Source: Dicyema japonicum (Eukaryota > Animalia > Dicyemida). Taken from it: 64,000 nt of DNA. The stretch spans positions 1,675,842-1,739,841 of the forward strand of contig RDEW01000007.1 of the NCBI GenBank assembly GCA_011109175.1, in the 5' to 3' direction. The position numbers and the translations under genes were made by a program. The notes under the pieces are model-generated. The model was not told the DNA's origin. It saw only the letters and a program-made list of their open reading frames with translations, and searched no databases. Position 1 is the stretch's first letter. Each line of letters opens with the position of its first letter. Below, piece after piece: positions 52,898 to 64,000 of this stretch.

Positions 52898-54464
52898 TTA
52901 TTCCATATCAAGTTTATCAACAGCTTTAAACAAGTCATCAATAGATTCTGTAGATTTTAACGGCTCTGGCTTGTGTACGGTTTTGTACACGTGTTCTAGA
53001 CATCTGTTCTTTTCCTGGTTTTGTATGTGGATTACAAAGACCGCCTCCTTCAGTTTCTTCGCCAAGTATTCCACTGCCAGAGACGACTCAGATTGTCAGC
53101 AGATTTGAAATTCCTCGTCATTCTGTCGATTCCTTTAAACAGCTTCCTAACGACAGAGTCGTACTGGGATTTACAGTAATCAATACTTTCTTTTGGTTAT
53201 TTGAGCTTACTTTGAGCTGATCTTGAAGTTCGGAGATCCTCGTTTGCTGTTTCGATATGTTACTTGTAAAATATGCTTTATGAAGATTCATGATTTCTAT
53301 TTTCCGAAAAAAACAAAAACCATTAATTCGTTCATTTTGGGGGACTCTTTCTGCTCCTTTGAAGAGATGCTCGATCTGTCTCCTCATTGAACTTATTGCA
53401 ATCTTAAGCTGCGCGTTGGTTCTCTCCAATTCCTTGATTTTTTCATCCTCGTCCGTCTACGGTAATTGCTAATCATTACTTGCACGTGGCAGTCTAAAAC
53501 TGAAGTAACTGTTTGAATCGTCGCGTCTCGACGTTCCACAACCTCCACAGCTCCTTTGCTCCTCTCTTATCTGATATTCGGTCTTTTCACGTTCGATGTT
53601 TTTGATAATACTGTTCAGATAGAAACATCTGGAATTTAGCTAACGGTTACTTTTCGTCGAAGGACCGCCTCGTGTCTTCCAGTTGTGTCTCCATTTGTGA
53701 TATTTTTCCACTTTTTCTCTTCAAGTCCTCATCAAGCTGGGCAATTTTCTCATTTCTGCGATGCAGGTCTTTCCGTAATGAGGATGATTCATTCTTTAAC
53801 ATGGTTTCCTAAAATTACTACAAAAGGACCCCAAATTGATATTCCGAGCATAGTTTGTTCATGGACTCCACCTTCAATCTCAACTCGTACGTCTTCTCCC
53901 TCAGTTGTCCCTCAAACCCGTTCACCAAGTCTAGTTTTTCTAGTCTGTGACTCTCTTTCAATCTCTTTATCTCATCGGATGAATTTATCCTCATTTTCTG
54001 TATTTCATAGTCATGGTTAAGATTCAAATTGTCAATCTCCCTAAATTGTGCCGTATAGCCACCTTTTCAGTTCGTCCACCATTTTTTGGTTTTGATTGAA
54101 AGTGGAGAATTTTTCTGACTTCAACTCCAATATAGCTTTCTCCTTATCATTCAGTTCAGTGTTGAGTAGGTCGATTCGGACTTTCAGGGAACTTTCGACT
54201 GCCATTTTCTCGGATATTTCTTTGCGGGAGTCTCTTTTTTAAAATGACTCTCAACCAAAAAGCAGCTGCTTGTACTTGGCTAATTCTGCGTCTTTTTCTT
54301 TTATTAGAAGCAAATTCTCATCAAAGTTTTTCTTCAAATGATCAAATTCAAGACGACTGCTCAAATAGCTTGATTTGAATTCTTCGAAAGCTTTCTCCGC
54401 CAATTCAATTCTATTTCGTTATTTTCCACAAAACCTTGGTTTCTCACTCATTCTTTGTTCCCAT
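52898..54464 (-). CDS. CCDC57: Coiled-coil domain-containing protein 57 (centriolar), compact
   Basis: LKKNFDENLLLIKEKDAELAKY, FEGQLREKTYELRLKVESM, LERTNAQLKIAISSMRRQIE and KKLKEA match CCDC57 blocks as recalled. Tiny introns. Confidence 0.75.
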
Positions 54465-54599
54465 GGTTAATTAATATATTTATTACAAAATAAAATAATT
54501 AATTTTCTTTTTAATTAATAATATAATTTATAAAAAAAAATATAATTTTGTCGTGAAATAAAATTTAAAGTATTTTTGTAGAACTGTAATTTTTTAAAG

Positions 54600-57500
54600 A
54601 CTTTTCAGAGACCGTCTGGCTTATCCGTTTTCCAACTCTGCGACAAGTCCTCTTCTTCGATATCCTTTCCAGAAAAAGGGTCATAATTTATTACCCATGT
54701 GCATTTGCCAACGATGCACGCATGTAAAACCCAGAGCGAAGATGTAGAGGCTACTGAAAGAGGTCGAGGTCACCTAATGGCCATGTCGCTACAATGGTCA
54801 TCCTTGGTTCTAAACTAATAGCTGAAAACTAACTCCAAGGTCTTAAGGGATCCATATTCCTCCTTGGTCTCCAAATAACTAAAAAACATAGGATGGAAAA
54901 AGTTTTTGACTCTACCATGTGCATTGGAGACTTTGTAGGGATGATTTTCTTGAAGGTTGAAGAGATTCTTCCTACCTTGGTCAACCCACAAACTCTGATG
55001 ACTTGGGTGAGCGCCCAAAAAACGAAATTGGGGTTTGAAGGCCGCCGTTTCTTACTGGTTAGTAATGTTGGGGTAATTCACTGAATAGCGTCAGAGATCT
55101 TCTCTATTAATCATCTCAGCCCTTAAGTGATCCCTGACTACAAGAAAAGGAATATCCCTAGCTTTTAATAACCCCGGACGTAGCCAGAATAGATTTTTAT
55201 CCAGCTCCCATAGTCAGAGTGGGACGTATCATTTCCCAGTATCGAGTCTCTTCCAAGTATCTACCATTATGGGTACCCCCTCCCCATTGAATGAATGAAA
55301 TGAAAAATTCCAAAGACCATGGTAACACCAAACTAGCTACGACTCAAGATTTTCAGCGTCGCAGGCGCAAGGGAACCAGACGTCTCAAATTTAAATTAGT
55401 TTATTGTCTTAGTTAAGTTTTTGATCCATAAAAAATTGTAAAATTTAAGGGGGATTCTCTCAAAATTTTACTTACCGGGAATCCCTCTTCAGTCTCAAAA
55501 GAGTCCCCGATTCTAATTTGGTTGGACTTCAAAGCTAGATATTCAAAATTTATAAACCTTCCCAAAAATTGACACAATCTTGACCGGTCAACTTACTCTT
55601 TAAATTTTCGACACTTATCAGCATAAAATTTTCATATTTTTCATCAATTCGGAAATTAAACCTCTCATTCCACTCGATCGTCGATTTCCGGGACCCAACG
55701 GCAGGCGTTGTCCTCTGACAGTCCACACCGTTGAAGTTCCTGGTTTTAGCTACAAACTACATTTCGACTGATATTTAGTATTTTTTATATTTGCCAAATT
55801 CAACGAATATATTTTAACCGACAAAACCTGGGATTCCCGATCAAGCCACATTCCCAAATGCAAGGAGTACTCGACCCTGGAAAATAGATTCTATCAAAAT
55901 GAGAACATTTTACCCGGGAATTTAACGACAACTGAATTTGGCTGTTTCTGAGTAAATGATTGGCCGGGAAAAGGTTACAGAATCCAATATTTTCTTTCAT
56001 CAAACATTTTTTGGTGTAAAATCTTAGCGTAACTAAACACGTGGTTAGTTCCCGTTTTTTGATGTGGCACTAAAGCAATTACGCGTTCTATCACCTGGAA
56101 ATGGCTTTCCTTGGGCAACCTGATTCCTCTGTAGAATCCCTTGGGGGACATGACAACGTCAATGTAACTTGAAATATTAAAGAGGAAGCAACCACATTTT
56201 AATGTTTTTGTTGATTTTCCAACTTACTACCTCCAATTGGAACAGTTCTTGGTCATCCATGAAAATCATCTTAATTTCGACCCAACCAATCTTTGATAGG
56301 ACATCTGACTCCAAAGCACGTGTCTGTACTGGAATTGAGTCACGTTTAGGCTGTGGGTCATAATTTATTTCGTTGTAAATATCAATGTTAGTGGGGACTT
56401 TTTCGATATTACACTTGATTTGATCCATTTGGTCGATTATCGCTATTACTACTGTCATAATGCTGTACTTGATAGTATTTTTATGATCTCTTTGTACCTT
56501 TCCACGTGAGAGTTCTCAAAGTCGTTTTTTATGTTTAATAAAGTTTTTTTCGTGCTTTCGGACGTTTTGGCGGGATTTTTTGTCGAAGTGTCTGCAAAGG
56601 AACTGAAAGGATTATAATTTTGAAAATACTGAATTGAACTTTTTGTGGATCTATTTTGTTCATTATTATTTGATTTATAAACTAATTTTTCTTTTTCTAA
56701 TAAATTAATAAATAAATTTAAACCGAATTGTATTCTTGTGGGACAATAATTTGAATATTCAAACATCCATTTTCCACCTTTTCTCTCACAATTTCTAGTA
56801 TTGTAAGCCGTTTAAATACGAAATTCTCTCTTTTTCAACCTCCCTTAGACTACTATTCCTTTCTAGAACGTCAAGCAAAATTTGCTTTTCAAAGCGCGTT
56901 GTATCTAGTAATACTTGCTCCATTAACATGGAGCACTTTGAACCAGTTATAATTGTTCTCAATGAAACATATGGTCATGAGTACTCTAACTTTCATTCTC
57001 TGACATAATAGCTTTTATATAAATCCCACCTGTTGTCCTTTATGCGACCTCTATCACCAAGGTCAATATTACTTGAAACTGGGGTCCTTCATTAGTCGGT
57101 GGTGGTGATAATCCATAGTTGTTTTATAAAATGAACTTTGCCATCTATTTATTTAAGACCCCCCGGGGTCACCGAAAACAGAAAGCCAAAACATAATCAG
57201 ACAGTTAAGTGATTTCTTTCCATCTTAGCAGCACCGTCCTGCGTCTGTAATCCTCCATTGTACCCAACGCTATCCGGAAGCGCCTCTTCTCGTGCTCGCA
57301 CAGGAAATTGATTGGAAAAGAGAACTTTTGGGCTGATCGACTTTGCTTTGCCTGAGCTTGTGGGCTGAGCAATAAACTATATTTTGATTTAAGCAATTCT
57401 TAGAACTAAAACTGGGTCAAGTAAAGAATTCGATTTGTCCTTCACTGATCTTGTTGATGGGTAGACTAAAAGACTCGAAAGCGAGACATTATTAAGAATA

Positions 57501-57990
57501 TTTGGGAATTAATATCTAATAATTCCCCTGTCTCTCTTCAGGGCATTCTTTTCTACAAGTTCCTCCACTTGGGCCAGGCGAAAGTCGAATACAAACATTA
57601 TTGGATCCGATGGCTCTTGACTCCAAAATGGAAACCAACAGTTACACACACATTGAAGAGATGAAGACATTAAATGTACAAAAGATGTGAATATCCATTG
57701 TCTCCCTTCTTGTATGAACAAAATTTTGAGGGATAAAAAGTTAGAGCCATTCCTTCGTATTGACGACTCTGACAAACGAGTGTCAAAAGTAGGTTCAGCT
57801 CTACGCGGTAAAAGGGGTAGAATCTTTTCATGTGAAAAGCTAAGTAGTCAAAAAGTGATCTTTCTCGTGGTCATCAAGTATACATAAAAAGCAAAGTGGC
57901 GACTTTGCCTGCCCGTTCTTATTTAGGTAACAATTGAGAACCACGTGGTGCGCCAAGTTTACCCGAATTCCTCGAGGAAAAGAGATGCAC
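54600..57990 (-). CDS. Unidentified multi-exon gene(s); LINE 3' fragment inserted at ~57150-57330
   Basis: Succession of open frames with 20-30-nt GT-AG introns (e.g. ~54754-54773, ~54665-54694). No family recognised. Confidence 0.4.
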
Positions 57991-58039
57991 AATAAAGGCA
58001 ACTAAATTGGTTTATAAATTAAAAAAATTGTAATAAATT

Positions 58040-58845
58040 ATTATTATTTAAGCACTTCACGAGAGCCATACTAATTATAGCCCCGCATGAGCAGCAAAAG
58101 AAACAAGGTTAGATGTCATCCTTTTCCATGCTCCCCTGTTTCTCGCCAAGGCTCTCATGTTGTTCAGGTCGTCGGCATTTTTTAGATTTCTTTTGATATT
58201 GGCCAGGTCTTTTTGTAAGACTATTGGCAGTCTTGTTCTAGGTCTTCCACGATAGCGGCCTTCATCACTAACATAGTATGTTTCCATAGATATGTTCGGT
58301 GGGGATGTTAATTCCATCCTCAGCACGTTTTCGAAGAGCTTCCATCGGGATTCCAGTACTTCTAAGCTGATAGGTCTAGTGCTGCATCTCTTATATAAAG
58401 CATTCCTCGATATTCTCGTAGGCCAAGTAGTTCCTGTTATTTTTCTCAGCTGACCTCTGTGGAACGAGTCTAGTTTTTCCATATCCGCTGATTAGGTCCC
58501 CCAAGTTCCAGCGTTATATAAAAGTACGGGTTTTATGAATGAGTTGTATGGTAGGATTCTCATTTTCGTGTCGATGCCTTTTTGATTGAGCCATAAATTC
58601 TTCAGTTTATATAACGCAGCATTGACTAGAGTTTTCCTACGTAAAATATCTTCGCTATCGCCCATAAGTGAACCGAGTTTCTTTACTTGTCGCCACTTCT
58701 TTTCTAGGACGTTACTCATCCTTCTTATCTCTGTGAGTTCTGTCTTCTCTCTGTTCACAGTAAGAAACCATTTCCCTAGTACATCTGGTGCTTTTTCTAA
58801 TAGGTTTTCCAGGACCTCTTTGTCTTCAAAAATTAGTCTACATCG
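58040..58845 (-). mobile_element. RTE retrotransposon 3' part with long imperfect target duplication
   Basis: KKLGSLMGD, KPVLLYNAGTW, RGRPRT. taaattgg(t/c)ttataaattaaaaaaat at ~58003 and ~58855. Confidence 0.92.
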
Positions 58846-58938
58846 TGTAATAAATAAATTGGCTTATAAATTAAAAAAATAAAAATTGTAATAAATTTAT
58901 AATTAATTAAATATGTGGTTAACCGATGTCAAATAGCC

Positions 58939-59855
58939 TTAATAATTATCAGGGACACATTCCATTGTTTCTGATGGTGCAGATGAGAACCATTCAGTCC
59001 ACGAACCATCATACAACCCATAATTATAAACGTCATGAACCAACTTTAATGCTAGAGGAACCAGACAGGCAGTAATGCCTAAAACCTCTTTAACAATCTC
59101 TACCTGTAGAGCACATGTAGTAGAAGGGATCTGTGGGAGTGATTTTGTAGGAATCGAATATTTTTTCAATTTCTTCTCGACTTTTCATTTTCTTAGTCGA
59201 TTCATCAATAAATTCTGTAAAAGGAAGATTTATTGAATCCTTTATGCGTCCTGGCTTTATTCCTATGAATAACGCGATCCCCAACCAACAACGGATTCTT
59301 TCTCTAGTCCGTTGAATCGTCCACGTGACCGTGTATCGACCAATTTTAAATTTTTTGAGTGATAATTTTCCAAAATATGTTCAAGAGTAACAAGTCAGCC
59401 TTTCTCTCAGCCTTGAAATGTCCCTTCTTTCTTTCCAAGGAAGGCTCGTCGTTACTGGGAATCCGCATTTGACCCACGAGGGCAATCCTCCGTCAAGCAC
59501 GGAAACATTTTTATGTCCAAATAGGTTAAACATAAGCCACACTCTGGGAGCGGAGTAAATTCCAAAGTCACTGTTGTCGTAGCATACCACGAGGGTCGAA
59601 TTTGAGATCCCCAAATTTTCCACATATGAAGAGAACTCTTCGGCAGAAGGCATGGCAGGGCTGAACTTGGAATTTACATCCACACAGGCGCCAATGCCAA
59701 AGAATAGTGCAGTGCTGATGTGATTGGCGAAGTACTCAGCTTTTGGATCCCTCGGTTGATCTTGGTGGATAAAAGGAACAATCAAGAATCACAAGGTCGG
59801 AAAATTTGTTGAAATTATTGAACAAATATTCGGCAGAAATTAGCACGTCATTCAT
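58939..59855 (-). CDS. Two-domain rhodanese sulfurtransferase (TST/MPST/TUM1 family)
   Basis: MPSAEEF..LGISN..VVCYD..SAPRVWLMF..VSVLDGGL..W, VDTRSRGRF, GRIKDSINLPF, CSTG|ITAC, LYDGSWTEW. Introns include 59079-59103. Confidence 0.93.
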
Positions 59856-59949
59856 TTTCAAATAATATATTTATTAAGATTTTAAAGTTTTATTTATTTT
59901 ATTTTAAAAACCCCAAAACCACCAAGAACCAAAAAATATTATCAAAGAA

Positions 59950-60882
59950 AATTTTTAAGTCGGAGATCTCGGGAAGCTTAAACTTTGATAACAAATTTCT
60001 TAAGTGGACGGAGGGAACGTGTATGCCTCGGAGGACTGAAATCAGTCTCGCGTCTTCTCCCAAACGGTGTCTACCAAGGATCTCCTTTATCTCCCGTTTT
60101 ATTCATTTTATACCTGGCCGACTTCCCGACACCGGAATCCAATAACGATGTTTTACTCTCATATGCGGACAACATTGTATTTGGCCTCGCGTGATCGGGA
60201 TATCCAAAATGCTACAGATAGATTACAAATTAACCTGGACCGACTCAACGCCTGGGTAATGAAGAACCGACTCATGATAAATTTAGAAAGTCGGTCACCT
60301 CTATGTTTACTTCGGACAAAAGGTTGGGGAAGAAAACTGTTAACTTAAAATTGGACAACGTTGAAATCCCCTTCAGCAAATCTCAGAAGATCTGGGCGTG
60401 ACACTGGATACGTACTTATGTTTGTCATCACACGTGGTAAACATTGTTGTGAAGTGCGAGAAGAAAATCAAGGTATTGAAATGTTCATCTGGAATATGGA
60501 AGACCGGTACCCACCCGGTCTTAATGAATATCTACAAACAATACATTGAACCATGCTTCTCGTACGCGTGTTCTTCGAGGGAACCTTCATTATCATGAAC
60601 GAATACCAAGAAAATCGAGGACGTACAAAAGAAGGCTTTCAGAGTCACGGAGCGGTGGAGACGTGGGAGACACAGAACCGGACCGACTACTCTGGAGGCC
60701 CTCATCAAACTAAACTCAGGCATGCGAGAAGATGGCCCTGCAAATACAGTCAGCCGCCCAGTACGAGCTTGTGTGGGCACGAAAGAGGAGCACCGGGAAA
60801 GGATGAGGATTTTGGTGGAACGCATCGGGATCACGTGATAGTTAGTTTGGTTTTACCGTGGTCTTGGGTGTTAAATAAATAA
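59950..60882 (+). mobile_element. L2-like LINE 3' part with intact tail
   Basis: GVYQGSPLSP, SYADN; tail ttagtttggttttaccgtggtcttgggtgttaaataaata. Confidence 0.88.
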
Positions 60883-60929
60883 AGACCACCAAGAAAGAAA
60901 GTAATAACTCACTAATTAAATGAGACTTA

Positions 60930-62570
60930 TGTGGTTAACGTTGTGCCTTTTGGCTCACCCAATAGGTGTCACTCATTCTGGAAAAAAACGAAAAGAGCCA
61001 TTAACTTCTCCCCACCTTTTGGGGGTTCCCGTAACTTATGTGCTTTCGACTCCGTCTTATGTCATCATTGTTCTGGACTTTTGATCCTGCTATGTGGCGA
61101 CATTGAAACAAACCCTGGTCCACGTGGAGACTTAATGGAATTAAAAGGAAGATTCTGGAACTTCGGGCTCTCCTCAAATCGAGCTGACCTTGCTCTCATC
61201 CAGGAATCCAAGCTCTCCTTCTCCACGCCAACACCTTCTTCCCTGGGATACACAGTAACACTACTCTCAATTATAAAGAACGGCAACCTTTCATTGACGT
61301 GAGTCGACAGACCTCAGAACTTTAGGACTCAGACGATACCATGAGCAGATCACCATAAAAATGGAGCAGTACTCGTCTTTTTGGATCTAGTTGATTAACC
61401 TATATATTCCACCACAAGGATCCTGCCCAAAATCCTACACCCCAAATATACCCTGCCTCTTATTATTAAATGCGGCGACCTAAAAGCCTGACACCCCGTT
61501 TGGCTTCACAGTCCTCTGACAGCCGAGGCGAGTTCATCGTAAATGGTCTTATTGTTATGTTTATCCTGAATGACCCTAAATTACACACAAGAACCCCTTT
61601 AAGGAGCACTGATAGCTGCACCTCTCCTGATTAACCTTATGTTCACCCTCTTTAGCAGGAATCACTACATGGGATGTGAACTATAGTTTCTCCAGCGACC
61701 ATAATCCCATCCTTCTTACGTTAAAAAGATTTCGAAGATTTCGGAAATTGCTGACTGAAGTGAAAAGTTTCAAGAATTATAAGAAGGTTGACTTGTCTGG
61801 CTTCTCTGACTTTGTAGACCTGGAATTGGTCAAAGGACTATCATCCCATATACGTTCGATAGATGAAGCCGCAAAAATCAATAGTGTGGCCATTCAAAAG
61901 GCTGACAACATATTTATTCCTCTCATCACGAATTTTATACCTACCCTCAATTCCCGGAAACTTACACTCATAAAACGAAGGAACCAAATGAAAAGATGCC
62001 ATCCGACGGAGTTGAAATTTATCAGACAACTAAATAAAAGTATCAACCAGAACATAAAGGACCATCAGTATCAGAGGTGCGTCGCCTCAACGGGAAAAGT
62101 TCATCTCATCAATTTTGGAAAAAAAACTAAAACAAATTAAATCAGAGTTGGAAGATGCGAATGGAACCTGTAACCCTTCTCCAGAACATATTTGTCATGG
62201 AAGATCAACCACGGCTTTCTTATCAACGCTTTCGCAGTTCATTGCGTATGGTTTCAACACTACCCCAAAACACATGCGGACGACAATGGTCTCGATTGAC
62301 ATCAACAAGGCGTTTGAATCTGTACCGAGGAAACATTTAATTGGAAAAATCTTTGATTCAAAAATTCGCCCTAACTTGAAGCTATGGTTGGCCAATTTTT
62401 TATCTGGAAAACGTGGGAGGGTCATCTGTAGCCACCTCAGATCACGTTTACTACCAAACGGAGTGCCCCAAGGTTCGCCTTTGTCCCCCATTCTATTCAA
62501 TCTTTTCCTCCACGACCTGCCAGCAGACATTGACAAAAACTGCTTTCTTAAGCTAACACGTGTCCGGCTG
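60930..62570 (+). mobile_element. Internally deleted L2-like LINE (2A-like peptide, APE, RT part); relative of 15781-18330
   Basis: LLCGDIETNPGP, LIQESKL, LYIPPQGSCP, SSDHNPIL, SIDINKAF, GVPQGSPLSP. Confidence 0.9.
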
Positions 62571-63418
62571 TTTTAACAGGACGACGCCCATTCAGATTGT
62601 CAACACAGTCAGATTGAGGACGAGATAACTAGTTGTATCGACTTTACGATGTACGTGTATAAAAATGGGTTTCAAAGCCAAATTTTTTCTGTCTACCAGG
62701 TCCGACATCTACTTGGGGGATCTGGATGTGTGAAACAACGCGTTTAATTCACAGACCACAAAGTGATCATCACCCGTTTAAAAAGTTTCTCCAAATCTAT
62801 TTCTAGAGAGAACGAGTTCACCAAGAAATTAGATACTCAGTCAAAAAGTTGGTTACTTCAAAGATAATGAGGGATAAGTACTCCCACGCTATCACCAAAA
62901 ACCTGGCTGAAGAAGAAACATGGACAAAAAATATTAGAACAACAAAACATAAAACTTATCACGTTGTCGAAATGGCAAAAAGCAATAGACTTTTAAACGG
63001 TAAATTGGTACGAACGACTAGGAAATAAAAAAGCTGTTAAAATTGAACGTAAACAAACCTCAAGGGGATTCAAGAAATGGAATTCACAATGCGGTAAAGC
63101 TCTCCTAAAGTATCGAATATCAGAACTCTGAAACCTTCGGGAGGGGGCATAGATGTATATGGAAATCAGGTGACTCCCATGATAATGCTGGGAAAACGGT
63201 TGCAAAAAATCTGAAATATCTCTAGTAATTCTAATCACTTCGAAAAACAGTTCAACGACAGAATAAACGATTTCTATGTTTATGGAAAAAAACGTTACTT
63301 AAAATATCAAATAACATAACAGGAAATCTTAACTACCACATAAACACTCTGAAATAACCGTGACGCTGGTTCATACCTCAACAGTGAAGAACGTCCTCTA
63401 AAGACGTATCAGCAATAC

Positions 63419-63779
63419 TAGGGCGATTTTTGTCAATAAAGTCAAAAATTCATATGTTTTTTAAAATTGTTTAAAACTTATAAAAATGTGATTTTTAATT
63501 AAAAAGATAACAGTTATAAAGACAAAAAAAAGTCAAAATTTTAGGTAATGTCAAAATTTATTATATATAGAGCGATATTTTTAACCTGACAAAGTTTTTA
63601 ATTACATTATTCTATTTTTTAATAAAGTTCAGATTAGTTTATTTTTCATATTAAAAAAAATTTTTATAGATAAATTTTTCATAAAGTCAAAAAAGGTCAA
63701 AATTTTAAATTTTTAAAGTCAATAAAGTCAATTTTTAGGTCAAAATTTCGTATTTACAGTCAAAATAAAAATCGCCCTA
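63419..63779. mobile_element. MITE with TAGGGCGATTTT terminal inverted repeats (hAT-like)
   Basis: tagggcgattttt ... aaaaatcgcccta with many internal aaagtcaaaa motifs. No TSD found. Confidence 0.7.
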
Positions 63780-64000
63780 CTGATGACGTCGTAAGAACTC
63801 ATTAATGCATTCACTGATGATCAGCTATTAGAAAGGCGAATTGGATTCAGATATGGGGGATCTTTGTATGCAGTATTGGGGACATGTGGCTATGTGTCAT
63901 ATCTTAGGAATTCAATATGGCGACCACCATATTAAACATTGGGATGAGTCATCCATTTGGTACAATCCAAAAATCAAGACTGAGCACTTCGAATCCTTAA

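Noticed and set aside
62570-63400. Possible Penelope/GIY-YIG relic; also a possible RNase H relic at 33000-33500
   Set aside because: Too degenerate to support any diagnostic motif.
63770-63850. Hammerhead ribozyme (CTGATGA motifs here and in SINE cores at 3723 and 14487)
   Set aside because: No stem II followed by GAAA with closing stems I/III could be drawn.

Overview
This is AT-rich eukaryotic (animal) genomic DNA, not prokaryotic. Compact host genes are broken by tiny GT-AG introns (20-29 nt, mode 25), several at ancestral metazoan positions. The genes are ETFB, actin, GET4, MBOAT7, an NPC2/ML-like gene, RPS15, an IP3 3-kinase, BBS9, a methyltransferase-fold gene, CCDC57, a TST/MPST rhodanese and some orphans. 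Intron size plus ciliary genes fit a dicyemid-type reduced genome (inference). About half the window is transposon-derived: about ten CRE-clade RLE retrotransposon pieces, RTE, L2/Jockey-like LINEs (one with a 2A StopGo motif), an R4/NeSL-like and a Penelope-like RT relic, Tigger/pogo, hAT, MULE, Helitron and Ginger-like integrase relics, a tRNA-SINE family with two alternative tails, two 5S-like copies and a degenerate (CCCTAA)n tract. Many single-base homopolymer frameshifts look like sequencing errors. The strongest unexplained signal is a roughly 5-6-fold excess of the palindrome CACGTG (41 hand-counted). It is absent from the youngest retroelements, dense in old relics, and present at homologous positions where sibling repeat copies lack it. 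All coordinates, counts and family assignments were made by eye, without tools.
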